A DNA stretch of 64,000 bases from an uncultured Acidimicrobiaceae bacterium (GTDB taxonomy: Bacteria > Actinomycetota > Acidimicrobiia > Acidimicrobiales > Ilumatobacteraceae). The DNA lies in the NCBI GenBank assembly GCA_963792905.1, contig CAWBYE010000025.1, positions 8,637-72,636 on the forward strand, written 5' to 3'. Below the pieces are notes generated by a model that saw only the letters and a list, made by a program, of their open reading frames with translations, did not search any database and had not been told where the DNA came from. The translations under genes and the position numbers were made by a program. Positions 17,517-27,675 of the stretch are shown here, piece after piece. Numbering within the stretch: the first letter of the stretch is position 1; each line of letters starts with the position of its first letter.

Positions 17517-18746
17517 TCAGTCGCTGCGGCCGGAGCGGGCCGCCCACTTCGACGCTCCTCGCGCAGCGACCACGCCCGTGCTGAACGACGCCTGCAACAG
17601 GTAGCCGCCCGTCGGCGCCTCCCAGTCGATCATCTCGCCCGCGACGAAGGTGCCGGGCCGACGGCGCAGCATCAGATCGGCGTCCAGCTCGTCGAGTGCG
17701 ATGCCACCAGCGGTCGAGATCGCCCGGTCGATCGGCATCGAGCCCGTCATCGGCACGGGCACCCGCTTGACGAGCTCGGCCATCGCGGACGGGTCACTCG
17801 GCAGGGGGCCGGCCGCCGTCTCGCGCATCAGGTTGACGGCCACGAGGTGCAGCCCGAGCGAGCGGCGCAACCACGTGGTGACCGAGTCCTTGGGGCGACG
17901 CTTGGCGAGACGGTCCATGAGTTGGGCCACCGACTGATCAGGGTGCAGGTCGATCGTCAGCGTGCACCCGCCGGTCCTGTCCAGCTCGGCGCGAGCCTCG
18001 CGTCCGACTCCGTAGACCGGTCCGCCTTCGAGCCCCGAGGCCGTCACCATCGCGTCGCCGCGCACCGTCGTCGAGCCGACCGAGACAGCGACGTTCTTGA
18101 GCGGCTGGCCCGCGAACCGGTCGACGAACTCGGGACTCCACCCGACGGTGACACCGGCGTTGGCCGGCCGCAGCGATGTCACCGCGATCCCGGCTGCCTC
18201 GAAGACCGACACCCATCCCCCGTCGGACCCGACCCGCGGCCAGCTCGCCCCACCGAGCGCCATCACGGTGACGTCGGCGGCAACGTCGAACACGTGGCCG
18301 TCGGGCCCGGCGTACCGATGGGTACCGTCATCGGACCACCCGCGCCAGCGATGCCGGGTCGCGAACACGACCCCGAGTCGGTCGAGTCGCCGCAACCAGG
18401 CCCGGAGCAGGGGCGTGGCCCGGAACGAGGCGGGGAACACCCGCCCGCTCGAGCCCACGAACGTCTCCTCGCCGAGCGACGCACACCAGGCCCGCAGGTC
18501 GTCGGGGCCGAACGCGGCCAGCAGTGGCGCCACCCAGCCGGTCGCGTCGTAGTGGTCGACGAACTCGTCGAACGGTTCGCTGTGCGTGAGGTTCAGGCCG
18601 CCGCGACCGGCCAGTAGGAACTTCCTACCCACCGACGGTTTGTGCTCGAACACCGTGACGTGGAATCCGTCGACCGCGAGCAGCTCGGCGGCGATCAGAC
18701 CGGCGGGGCCTCCCCCGACGACCGAGGCGGTCGGACGATCAGCCAT
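17517..18746 (-). CDS. HI0933/YhiN/BaiN-family flavoprotein
   Basis: VVGGGPAG, GRKFLLAGRGGLNLTH, GSSGRVFP, EGGPVY, STAGG, GEMIDWEAPTGGYLLQ. Confidence 0.9.
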   Translation of the reverse strand: MADRPTASVVGGGPAGLIAAELLAVDGFHVTVFEHKPSVGRKFLLAGRGGLNLTHSEPFDEFVDHYDATGWVAPLLAAFGPDDLRAWCASLGEETFVGSSGRVFPASFRATPLLRAWLRRLDRLGVVFATRHRWRGWSDDGTHRYAGPDGHVFDVAADVTVMALGGASWPRVGSDGGWVSVFEAAGIAVTSLRPANAGVTVGWSPEFVDRFAGQPLKNVAVSVGSTTVRGDAMVTASGLEGGPVYGVGREARAELDRTGGCTLTIDLHPDQSVAQLMDRLAKRRPKDSVTTWLRRSLGLHLVAVNLMRETAAGPLPSDPSAMAELVKRVPVPMTGSMPIDRAISTAGGIALDELDADLMLRRRPGTFVAGEMIDWEAPTGGYLLQASFSTGVVAARGASKWAARSGRSD

Positions 18747-20012
18747 CGACCACCACCGCGTCGCGTACCGACGCACGCCCGCGTGCGAACGGGTCACGAG
18801 CAGGCCGGCGCAGCCGACGAGCGCGCAGGAGAACGTGAGCGCCACGGTGATCGACGTGGATTCCGCGAGCACACCGAGTGCCAGCCCGCCACCGATCTCC
18901 CCCATCGACTCGACTTGGCCGAGGAACGACTGCACGGTGGCGCGCACGTCGCTGGTGGCTCGACGGTTGACCCAGATCACACTGACCGATCGGATCACCG
19001 TCCAGGCGATTCCTCCCACCAGGAGGACCCCCATCATGCCCGTGATGTCGTCAGGGGCGTGGGCCAGAACGAGCAGACCGAGTGCACCGATGAAGCAGGC
19101 TGCCGCGTAGACGCGACGGGCGACGCCGGCACCGTCGATGCGAGCTTCGACGACCTTGAGGGCGATCGCGCCCACTGCCAGCGTCACCAGGCCGAGCGCC
19201 GTGAACCACACGATCGGATCGGGTTCCTCGGGAAACCCGAGATCCACGAGGCGCTTCGGGTAGAGCCGGTCGAAGGCTTCGGCGCCGCTGTTGACGAGGA
19301 TCGTCGCACCGAACACCAGCATGATCTCGCGGTCGTTCCGCGCCAGCTTCACACCGCGCCGGAAGATCGTCTTCGACTCCTGCCACCGGTGCTCGCGGGT
19401 CGGCGTGAACTCGTGTTCGGTGAAGCGCACCACCACGTAGACACCGAGCATGATCATCGCCGAGCCGGCCACGACGATCGCCGTCCCCAGCGACGTGTAC
19501 CAGCTCAGTGCACCGAAGCCGAGCATGCCCCCGGCTGCGCCGTACTGCTGCCATCGTGCCCGCGCCGTGAGCACTCGACCGATCCGTTCCGGGTCGTCGA
19601 GTTCGTCGGTGACCCATGCGACGTCGGCCCCGCTCGAGAACGTCCACCCGAAGCCCCAGAGCATCTGGGCGGCAACCAGGGCGGGAAAGGCGGTCACGAG
19701 ACCGGTCGTGAGCATGCCGATGCCCATCACGCCGTGCGAGACGACGATCGACCACTTGCGGCTGATCGTGTCGGCCATGACGCCGGTCGGGATCTCCGAG
19801 ACCAGCACGGTGAGTTCCATCGCCGTTCCGAGGAACACCAGTTGGAACGCCGACAGATCCGCGACCACGACGAGGTACAGGCTCGTGACGAGCCAGTACC
19901 CGCGGAAACACAGCGAACGCCCCAGCGCCCAGCGCAGGAAGATGCCGGCGACGTCGTCGCGTCGGATGTCAGTTGGGGCCACGACGTCGCATCCAGGTTC
20001 GTGACTCGGCAC
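18747..20012 (-). CDS. MFS transporter (TetA(P)-like subfamily), in frame with the downstream flavoprotein
   Basis: QLVFLGTAMELTVLVSEIPTGVMADTISRKWS and AQMLWGFGWTFSSGADVAW recall the TetA(P)-type MFS; about 12 hydrophobic segments; no stop before MADRPT. Confidence 0.8.
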
Positions 20013-20402
20013 GCGTGGGGTCTCCGAAGCCGCCGTACCGGTCGTGGGCGCCGCGCGTGGCGAGGAACTGCCACGTCAGGACGACATCGTCGGGGCGATC
20101 CTCGAGCCTCTCGACGAGCCCTTCGACGGGCCTCTCGACGAGGTCGGAGCCGAGCCCGACATCTCGTACCGTGTCGAGTACGGCGACGTCGGCCAGCCGG
20201 CGGACGTGGCGGACGTGGCGGAATCGGTGACCATCGGACCGAAGCCGACCTGGCAACCGGACGTGTCGGATGTCCCTGCCACGAGATGGCTGTGCCCGAT
20301 CGCACCTCTCTGCGTGTCGAGCGATCGGCCGGCCGGCCGGTACGACAGAACCGCGAGCATCTGCTGCACGACATCGACGCGGTCCGGATCGGTGCTGATC
20401 AC
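19969..20402 (-). pseudogene. Degenerate GNAT acetyltransferase split across two frames
   Basis: ISTDPDR...QVGFGPMVTD, then LADVAVL...VGLGSDLVE...LATRGAHDRYGGFG, matching the ISTD...QVGFARVVTD...LADVFVL...GLG...LATxDAHxLY.xFGF GNAT type; 9-bp duplication at the junction. Confidence 0.55.
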
Positions 20403-20510
20403 GTGGGCACCGTGATGGCGTTCTGTCGCACGCGCCGGCATGGGAACATCATGGCCGCGCCGGCGTCGAACGTCAGCACGAGAACCGTGCCCGACACAGC
20501 CGGGCGTTCC

Positions 20511-21809
20511 TCAGGCGCTGCCGAGCACCCGGTCGACGTAGTCGTTGGCGAACGTGCCGTCGGGATCGAGGCGCTTTCGAGCTGCCTGGAACGTGTCCCA
20601 TCGCGGATACCGGCCCTGCAGCGTGGCAGCGGATTGGTAGTGCAGCTTGCCCCAGTGCGGGCGGCCGTCGTGGTCGTTCATGATCGACTCGACACCCTGG
20701 AAATACGATTCGTACGGCGCACCGCGATACTGATGGACGGCGATCCACCCGTTGGTGCGACCGAACCCGGTCGACAGCGGGATGTCGTCGGCCGCCGACA
20801 CGCGAACCTCCACCGGGAACAGCGACGGGAAGCTCAGTGTCGCGGTCAGGTCGCGGACGCGGCGCAGCGCCTCGGGGACCGCTTCGATCGGCAACCCGTA
20901 CTCCATCTCGACGAACTTCACATGACGCGGGCTGGCGAACACCTTGTCACTGCGATCGATCAGATCACGTTCTCCCGCGGCCCCCGTCACCAGCTTGGCG
21001 ATCTTCGGAGCCAACGCCGGGAACCTGCGCCCGGTTCGACACACGAGATCGAACGCCAGGTTCTCGGCGATGTACTTGTCGCGGGCATAAGCGAGCTTCG
21101 ACGGTGGCCGCACGGGCTCGTCGGTTCGCCGATTGCGCTTCACCTGGCACCGCCGCGCGCCGGGCATCCAGAAGAACTCGGCGTGCTCGGCGCTGCGGGC
21201 GAACTCGTCGAAACCGTCGAGCAGATCGTCGAACGGCTCGACCGTCTCGTGGGCATGCAGGTTGAACGCTGGAACACACTGGACGGTGACCTCGGTGATG
21301 ATCCCGAGCGCTCCCACGCCGACTCGGGAGGCGCCGAGCAGATCGGGATCGTGGTCGGCATCGCAGCGCACGACATCGCCGGCGCCGTCCACGAGTTCGA
21401 TCGCGACGATCGTGGTCGCGATGTTCCCCAGCTCGAGGCCCGTCCCGTGCGTGGCCGTGTTGATCGCTCCCGCGATCGACTGCACATTGATGTCGCCCAG
21501 GTTCGGCATGGCCAGACCGACGGACGCCAACTCGTTGCCGAGCGCACCGAGCGTCATCCCGGCCTCCACGGTCACTCGCGCCGTGTCGCGGTCGACACCG
21601 ACGACCTGATTCATCTGCTCGAGCGAAATCAGCACGCCGTTCGTCATCGCTGCTGCGGTGAAGGAGTGCCCCGCTCCGATCGCCCTGACCCGCTGACCAT
21701 TCGCACGGGCTCGCCGGACGGCAGCCGCGACCTCGTCGGTCGAGCGCGGTCGTTCGACCGACGTCGGGACGCATGCCTGATTCTTCGCCCAGTTGCGAAC
21801 GGTCGTCAT
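20511..21809 (-). CDS. FAD-linked oxidase, D-arabinono-1,4-lactone oxidase family
   Basis: NWAKNQ, IGAGHSF, NLGDINVQSIAGAINTATHGTG, EMEY, GRPHWGK. Confidence 0.9.
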   Translation of the reverse strand: MTTVRNWAKNQACVPTSVERPRSTDEVAAAVRRARANGQRVRAIGAGHSFTAAAMTNGVLISLEQMNQVVGVDRDTARVTVEAGMTLGALGNELASVGLAMPNLGDINVQSIAGAINTATHGTGLELGNIATTIVAIELVDGAGDVVRCDADHDPDLLGASRVGVGALGIITEVTVQCVPAFNLHAHETVEPFDDLLDGFDEFARSAEHAEFFWMPGARRCQVKRNRRTDEPVRPPSKLAYARDKYIAENLAFDLVCRTGRRFPALAPKIAKLVTGAAGERDLIDRSDKVFASPRHVKFVEMEYGLPIEAVPEALRRVRDLTATLSFPSLFPVEVRVSAADDIPLSTGFGRTNGWIAVHQYRGAPYESYFQGVESIMNDHDGRPHWGKLHYQSAATLQGRYPRWDTFQAARKRLDPDGTFANDYVDRVLGSA

Positions 21810-21923
21810 GCGACGATGATAGGACCGCACGTGCCAACCGCCCGAGGGGATCGATGCACCCACGTGTGGCGCGGGCACCGACGTCGTCCCAGCGGATGCG
21901 CCGGCCCGCCGGTCAGGTGTCGG

Positions 21924-22316
21924 TCAGATCGTCAAGCTGGCCGTGATGACCAGCCGACCGGGCGATCGGGTGACCGCCACCTCGTCAGCGAGGGCGCGCA
22001 CGATGCCGAGGCCTCGACCGCTGATCTCCTCGGCGTCGGCCACCCGCCAGTCGTCGACGGCGCCGACGTCGGGAGCAGGCCCGACGCTCTCGATCGCGAC
22101 AGCCACAGCGTCGACGCCGCGTTGCACGACGACGGTCACCGGCCCGCCCACGCCGTGCTCGATCGCATTGGTGACCAACTCGCTGGCGATCAATTGTGCG
22201 TCGACGACGACGTCCTCCGGCATCCCCACCAAATTGGTGCGCACGAAGCACCGAGCGGTCGAGACCTCTGCGAGAACCGGGTCCAATTCGACACTCATGA
22301 CGTCAGCCCCCGCCAT
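21924..22316 (-). CDS. Anti-sigma-like ATP-binding protein (HATPase_c_2)
   Basis: LIASELVTNAIEHG, SGRGLGIV. Confidence 0.85.
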   Translation of the reverse strand: MAGADVMSVELDPVLAEVSTARCFVRTNLVGMPEDVVVDAQLIASELVTNAIEHGVGGPVTVVVQRGVDAVAVAIESVGPAPDVGAVDDWRVADAEEISGRGLGIVRALADEVAVTRSPGRLVITASLTI

Positions 22317-22327
22317 CGTCGATCAGC

Positions 22328-23011
22328 CTAGACCTGAGGCTCCAACCGGCTGCGCCGGGCGAGGCGTTCGGGTGGCGGTGCGAGGTCGTAGTCGGCCGCG
22401 AGCAACGCTGCGCTCGTCCGGTTGTTGACGCTGAGCTTCGAGAACACTCGCCGAACGTAGGTCTTGACCGTGTCGACCGACAGGAACAGTTCCTCGGCTA
22501 TCTCCGGATTGGAGAGGCCGAGCGCCAGCAGCGCCAGCACCTCCTGTTCCCGAAGTGACAGGGATTCGCCCGGCCCACGCTGATTCATCCGTGAGCTCTC
22601 CTCGAGACCGATGTGCTCACCGCGGACGGCCGTCTCGAGTTGCTCGACAAGCAATTCGCCCGTCACGCTCTTGAGGATCACGGCGGACACCCCGGTCTCA
22701 CGAGCAACTTCGATGAAGCTCGCAACGGCATCCCACGTGTACATCACGACGTGATCGACGAGGCCTTCGTCGACCATCTGTGCGGCCCGTCGGAGGGCAT
22801 CGCGACGGCCGGCGAACGTGTCGAACAGCGCGACGTCGGCCCGTGCGTCGGGCGTACCGCCGACCTCGTGCTCGATCACGACGATCCGATCGCGGTATGG
22901 AGCGAGCATGGCGTGCAGGCCCCGCAGGATGATCTCGTAGTCGTTCACCAGCGACACTCGGATCGGGCGGTCGATCACATCGTGCTCGATCGGTTCCGAT
23001 TCCGACGGCAT
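22328..23011 (-). CDS. NarL/LuxR response regulator
   Basis: Receiver VNDYEII...LFD...LKS; HTH LSLREQEVL..LALGLSNPEIAEELFLSVDTVKTY. Confidence 0.88.
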   Translation of the reverse strand: MPSESEPIEHDVIDRPIRVSLVNDYEIILRGLHAMLAPYRDRIVVIEHEVGGTPDARADVALFDTFAGRRDALRRAAQMVDEGLVDHVVMYTWDAVASFIEVARETGVSAVILKSVTGELLVEQLETAVRGEHIGLEESSRMNQRGPGESLSLREQEVLALLALGLSNPEIAEELFLSVDTVKTYVRRVFSKLSVNNRTSAALLAADYDLAPPPERLARRSRLEPQV

Positions 23012-23235
23012 CACGCGGTCCTCGTCGCAACCGGTCTGTCCGCTCGGCGCCACTCCGCTCTCGTCCGAGCACCGGCGGGGTACGACCGACGCCATCGGAA
23101 CGCTTCCGAATGCTGCGGCCATCTTCCCACTCCTCCAGGTGCTGTCTGGCGAGGTCATCGACCCCGACCGAGTCGGGAACGGTCGTACCCCGGCCGGACC
23201 TCGGTCAAACCTGCACACCGAGACGCCGTCGGCAC

Positions 23236-24075
23236 CTACATCCACGGGCGAAACAGGTGCATCGTCCGTTCCATGAGCCGTTGCGGAAGACATCGGTCGG
23301 TCCACCGCTCGAGGTCGATCTGTTCGCTGCGGGTCAGATCGTCCTCGAAGTCACGATCCAGCTCCGAAGCGAACGTCGGGTCGAACACGACCAGGTTCAC
23401 TTCGTCGTCGAGCGACGTCGACCGATGGTTGCAGTTCGCAGAACCGATGACGCCGACGGCGGCGTCGACCGTCATGGTCTTCGCGTGAAGCATGGACGGC
23501 TGATAGAGCCAGATCTCGACGCCGGCGTCGATCAGCTGTCGATATCGGACCTCACCCGCGACTTGAACGAATCGCTTGTCGGCCTCGGGCCCCGGCAACA
23601 GCAGCTGCACCCGGACGCCCCGCTCCACCGCCGAGACGATCCGGTCGCTGAGATCGTCGTCCGGCACGAAGTATGCGGTCGTCGTGCTGATCCGCACCCT
23701 GGCCAGGTCGACGAGAGCACGGATCGTCATCGAGACGGAGTTCCAACCGGGTTCGGAGGTGCCGGCGATGACCTGGACGTCGGCGTCGCCAGGTGTCCCG
23801 GGGTCAGCATCAGACCGACCGCCACGACCCAGACGAGCGCGGTGTCGGTCGAGGTCGTCGCAACCTGCCGGAGGGCCCCGTCGAAACCTTGGGCGTCGTC
23901 GGGATCGAATTCGACGGCTGCCCGGGTGACGAGCCAGCCCGGCGTTGACCACTTGAAGTGGTGGACTGACCACCTCATGCCACAGTGTTGCGGCTGATGC
24001 GAGGCCGAACTCAGCGAAGTCCTGATACGCGACGCGCAGGGGCAACGTCGCCGATCCACATCGGGCGGCGTCCAT
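23236..24075 (-). pseudogene. Cardiolipin synthase/PLD C-terminal half
   Basis: TAYFVP, RGVRVQLLLP, MLHAKTMTVD (HKD), GSANCNHRS; first HKD domain not recognisable upstream. Confidence 0.7.
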
Positions 24076-24294
24076 GAAACCAATCGAACCGGGGTGCTCG
24101 CATCGCTTGGGTTCACAGGTCTCACCCCGGGGATCGTTCGCGCCAACCGCCGGAACACCCAGGCGTCGGGCCCATCCGGCCGTCCTGAGCAGATTCTCGA
24201 CAACGTCAAGAATTCATTGCGTCTGTGTGTCGCCTGGGTATTGAGGCCCGGGCGTACGGTACGGTTTCTTGACTGACCACAGGAAGGCAACACC

Positions 24295-25218
24295 ATGAAA
24301 CGCGTACTGATGGGCTTGGCGGCGCTCTCGGCAGCCGTTCTCGTTCCAACCAATGCCTCGGCACAGGCGTCCGTAGATCTGACGCTCGTGCACGGACTTC
24401 CTGGCGTGACCGCCGACGTCGCTGTCGACGGCACCGTCGTGATCGACAACTTCGTGCCCGGCTCGTTGGCGAACATCACCTCGTTCGCCGGCCAGACGTT
24501 GACGAACCTGACCGTCACCGACGACGCGACCGGCGACGTGGTGGTCGGACCGATCGCCTCGGTCGACGTTCCGGCCTCGGGCAGCCACAGCCTCGTCGTG
24601 TACCTCGACGACGCCGGCACCGCAGTGCTCAACACGTTCGCCAACAACACCGACCAGGTGACCACCGGTGAAGCCCGGCTCACGCTCCGCCACACGGCAG
24701 ACGCACCCGCCATCGACCTCATCATCGGCGACGAACGACCGATCGTCGCACTGGTCAACGGCCAGAGCGGCGAAGTCGAGCTTCCGGCCGGTCAGCTCAC
24801 CGACGCCCAGATCGCGCCGACCGGCGATGTCCCCATCGCATCATTGCCCACGCTCGATCTGGCCGCCAACACCAACACCATCGTGCACGTCATCGGTTCG
24901 GTCGACGACGACACCGTCGACTTCGTGGTCCAGATCGTCGAGATCGCTGCGGCCGACGCGACGACCACGACGACCGATCCGAACGCGACGACCACGACGA
25001 CCGATCCGAACGCGACGACCACGACCACGACGACCGATCCGAACGCGACGACCACGACATCCACCACGTCCACCACGTCGACGTCGGTGGCCGCCGCCCC
25101 GACCGCCGTCAACACCGGCTCGCCGCTGGAGGACAGCTCGAGCTTCCTGCTCGTCGCGGTTGCGCTCGGTGGCCTCGCGCTCGCCGGCGGCGCCATGTAC
25201 GCACGACGCCGCGTCTGA
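24295..25218 (+). CDS. Secreted DUF4397-like protein with a sortase sorting signal
   Basis: Signal peptide (ASA-QA), LVHGLPG and LRHTADAPAIDL repeats, Thr-rich linker, PTAVNTG + TM + RRRV. Confidence 0.85.
   Translation: MKRVLMGLAALSAAVLVPTNASAQASVDLTLVHGLPGVTADVAVDGTVVIDNFVPGSLANITSFAGQTLTNLTVTDDATGDVVVGPIASVDVPASGSHSLVVYLDDAGTAVLNTFANNTDQVTTGEARLTLRHTADAPAIDLIIGDERPIVALVNGQSGEVELPAGQLTDAQIAPTGDVPIASLPTLDLAANTNTIVHVIGSVDDDTVDFVVQIVEIAAADATTTTTDPNATTTTTDPNATTTTTTTDPNATTTTSTTSTTSTSVAAAPTAVNTGSPLEDSSSFLLVAVALGGLALAGGAMYARRRV
24961..25058 (+). repeat. 27-bp coding tandem repeat (TTTTTDPNA) x3
   Basis: ACGACCACGACGACCGATCCGAACGCG at 24961, 24988 and 25021. Confidence 0.9.
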
Positions 25219-25221
25219 CAC

Positions 25222-25896
25222 ATGCCTCGACACCGGCGGACATCCTGGGCCCGAAGATTCTTCGGGCTCCTGGTGTTCGCCGGTTTCGGCGTTTTCGTGG
25301 TCGCGGGCGTGATGGTGACCCGCAACTACATCAACGGTGACGGCGTCGTGTTGATCGTCGATTCGGCGACCGGTGCGGTCCCCACGACGATCCCGGCCGA
25401 CGCCGCTGCGATCGAACGGGACTCCCCGCGTTCGATCCGGATCGGCGATCTCGAACTCGACAACGAGGTCCGAGCGGTCGGAATCGACGAGGACGGCGAA
25501 CTGGAGGTCCCCGACGAATCCGAGGTCGGTTGGTATCAGTACGGCTCCGCCCCTGGATTGCCTGGATCGACCGTGCTCGCCGCGCACGTCTCCTGGAACC
25601 GAACGATCGGTCCCTTCCATCAGCTCGGCAACCTCGAGCCCGGCGCCCGCGTCGACGTGGTCGCCGACGACGGCACGACCCGCGTGTACGAGGTGATCGA
25701 GCGGGCGATCTACGACAAGGACTCACTCCCCAGGGAACGCATCTGGCGGACCACCGGCGATGAGACCCTCGTGCTCATCACCTGCGGCGGCAGCTACAAC
25801 CCGAATATCCGTCGCTACCGCCAGAACATCGTGATCTACGCCGTACCCGTCGCTGAAGTGCCCGGAGACGGCGAGGGTCCGCCCGAACGGGTCTGA
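25222..25896 (+). CDS. Class F sortase
   Basis: N-terminal TM, VGWY, VLAAHV, LVLITCGG. Confidence 0.9.
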   Translation: MPRHRRTSWARRFFGLLVFAGFGVFVVAGVMVTRNYINGDGVVLIVDSATGAVPTTIPADAAAIERDSPRSIRIGDLELDNEVRAVGIDEDGELEVPDESEVGWYQYGSAPGLPGSTVLAAHVSWNRTIGPFHQLGNLEPGARVDVVADDGTTRVYEVIERAIYDKDSLPRERIWRTTGDETLVLITCGGSYNPNIRRYRQNIVIYAVPVAEVPGDGEGPPERV

Positions 25897-25909
25897 CCGG
25901 CCGCTGGAC

Positions 25910-26686
25910 TCAGGTCGCCGAGCCGTCCACGCCGTCCGACTCCGCGGCGTCCCGGTCGCCGTAGGCCTCGCGAAGCTGCTCGAACGCTCGCCGCAGAAGG
26001 CGCGACACGTGCATCTGCGACACGCCGACCACGGCGGCGATGTCGACCTGGGACATCTCCTCGTAGAAGCGGAGCCGAACGATCTCACGCTCTCGCTCGG
26101 GCAGGGCTGCGAGTAACTGGTCGACGACGGCTCGGTTCTCGACGTCGACGAAGCGACCGTCGGTACTGGAGGTGGCGCGTTGCCGTTCCGACGACGTGCC
26201 ATCGTCTCCGGCGGGCGGATCGATCGATGCCACCTGCCGAACCTCGCTGACGGACAAGCCGGTGATCACGTCGTCCTCCGACAGTTGGAGATGAGCCGCC
26301 ACCTCGGCAACCGTCGGCGACCGGCCGAACTTCGTCGACAGTTCGTCGGAACCGCGGCGCACCGCCAGATGCAGCTCCTTGGCTCCACGGGGCACCTTGA
26401 CCGACCACGTCGCATCTCGGAAATGGCGTTTGATCTCACCTTCGATCGTGCGCCCGGCGAACGACGCGAACGGTACGCCGATCGACGGATCGAAACGATC
26501 GACGGCCTTGACGAGCGCCACCATCGCCACCTGCTCGATGTCGTCGTCGCGCCCCGCGCGAGCGTTGTACCGCTTGGCGATGTGGATCGCGAGGCCCATG
26601 TGTTCCTCGACGATCCGGTTCCGGGTCCGCCGCTTCCCGGTTCGTACGAACTCCTCGAAGAGCCCCGTCGTATCAGGAGTCGACAT
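25910..26686 (-). CDS. SigB/SigF/SigG family sigma factor
   Basis: DDIEQVAMVALVKAVDRFDP, TIEGEIKRHFRD, SQVDIAAVVGVSQMHVSRL. Confidence 0.92.
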   Translation of the reverse strand: MSTPDTTGLFEEFVRTGKRRTRNRIVEEHMGLAIHIAKRYNARAGRDDDIEQVAMVALVKAVDRFDPSIGVPFASFAGRTIEGEIKRHFRDATWSVKVPRGAKELHLAVRRGSDELSTKFGRSPTVAEVAAHLQLSEDDVITGLSVSEVRQVASIDPPAGDDGTSSERQRATSSTDGRFVDVENRAVVDQLLAALPEREREIVRLRFYEEMSQVDIAAVVGVSQMHVSRLLRRAFEQLREAYGDRDAAESDGVDGSAT

Positions 26687-27062
26687 CGGTCGGAACGCGC
26701 TTGACCAGGAGAAACAGCCCATCGTCGCTGAGGGAGAAATCGTCGACCACCGCGCCCAGGATCCGACCGGCGAGGACATCGACCTCGGGAACCGGCGCCG
26801 ACTCGGCAACTCCGGTGCGACGCGCCGAGACCGAGATCCGTCCGGGTTCGGTCTCGAATCGGACGTGCAGCCGCGCCTCGTTGCCGAGGTCGGCTTCGTC
26901 GACGTCCGTGAGGAGCGAGATCGCCTCGTTGACCCCCAGCCGCAGGTCGTCGATGTCGTCGATCGACATGCCGAGCGCCGACGCCAGCGATGCCACGACG
27001 CTGCGGACGGTGATGGCGTACCTGGCCGTCAGCGGCACCTCGAGTTGCACGTGATCACCCAT
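26673..27062 (-). CDS. RsbW-like anti-sigma factor
   Basis: DIDDLRLGVNEA; overlaps the sigma gene start. Confidence 0.8.
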   Translation of the reverse strand: MGDHVQLEVPLTARYAITVRSVVASLASALGMSIDDIDDLRLGVNEAISLLTDVDEADLGNEARLHVRFETEPGRISVSARRTGVAESAPVPEVDVLAGRILGAVVDDFSLSDDGLFLLVKRVPTDVDS

Positions 27063-27251
27063 CGCGGCCGTCAAGCTACCCGGTCGAGGTCCGCTCCTGC
27101 ATGCGCACGGCCGGCGACCACCCCCGAACCAGCCGCCGGAACCAGCCGCCGGTCGCACGGCCTGCCGAGGGCGGCCTCACCTTCGACCGAGCGGTCTCGA
27201 ACGAGCACTGGCCATCACGAAGTCGTCGCGACCGCGGGTTACGATTTCGAC

Positions 27252-27554
27252 ATGAACGCGGCTGCCCCGCTCGACATCATCGTCACCGATGCAGGACTCA
27301 CGCTGGTCGGCGAGATCGACGCGCACACCGCGCCAGCGCTCGCCGACGCGATCGGAGCATCCGATCGGGTCCATCTCGTCCTCGACATGGGCGGGGTCGA
27401 GTTTCTCGACTCGAGCGGCCTCCGGGTGCTGATCGAGGCGCATCAGAGCGCCGGTGCCGCCGACCGGACGCTCCAGCTCGCGAACCCCTCGACCGCGGTG
27501 AGCCGGCTGATCGAGATCAGCGGGATCGACGACTATCTCGACGTCGTCGATTGA
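27252..27554 (+). CDS. STAS anti-anti-sigma factor (RsbV-like)
   Basis: GEIDAHTAP, VEFLDSSGLRVL with the phosphorylatable Ser. Confidence 0.9.
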   Translation: MNAAAPLDIIVTDAGLTLVGEIDAHTAPALADAIGASDRVHLVLDMGGVEFLDSSGLRVLIEAHQSAGAADRTLQLANPSTAVSRLIEISGIDDYLDVVD

Positions 27555-27675
27555 CCCTCTGTCCGTCCCTCGGTTCGCGTGCGCCCGGCTCGGCCGTCGA
27601 CGCCTCCGTCGAGGCGACCTGACCAACAGCGCGGTTCTCGCCGGCGCGATGACCTGACACGCGTACGATGACGCG

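Noticed and set aside
18642-22331. 1229-aa plus-strand ORF (likewise 15545-17584, 27765-29645, 37851-39074, 1225-2658)
   Set aside because: Antisense shadows of motif-bearing genes in high-GC DNA; Arg/Pro-rich with no domains.
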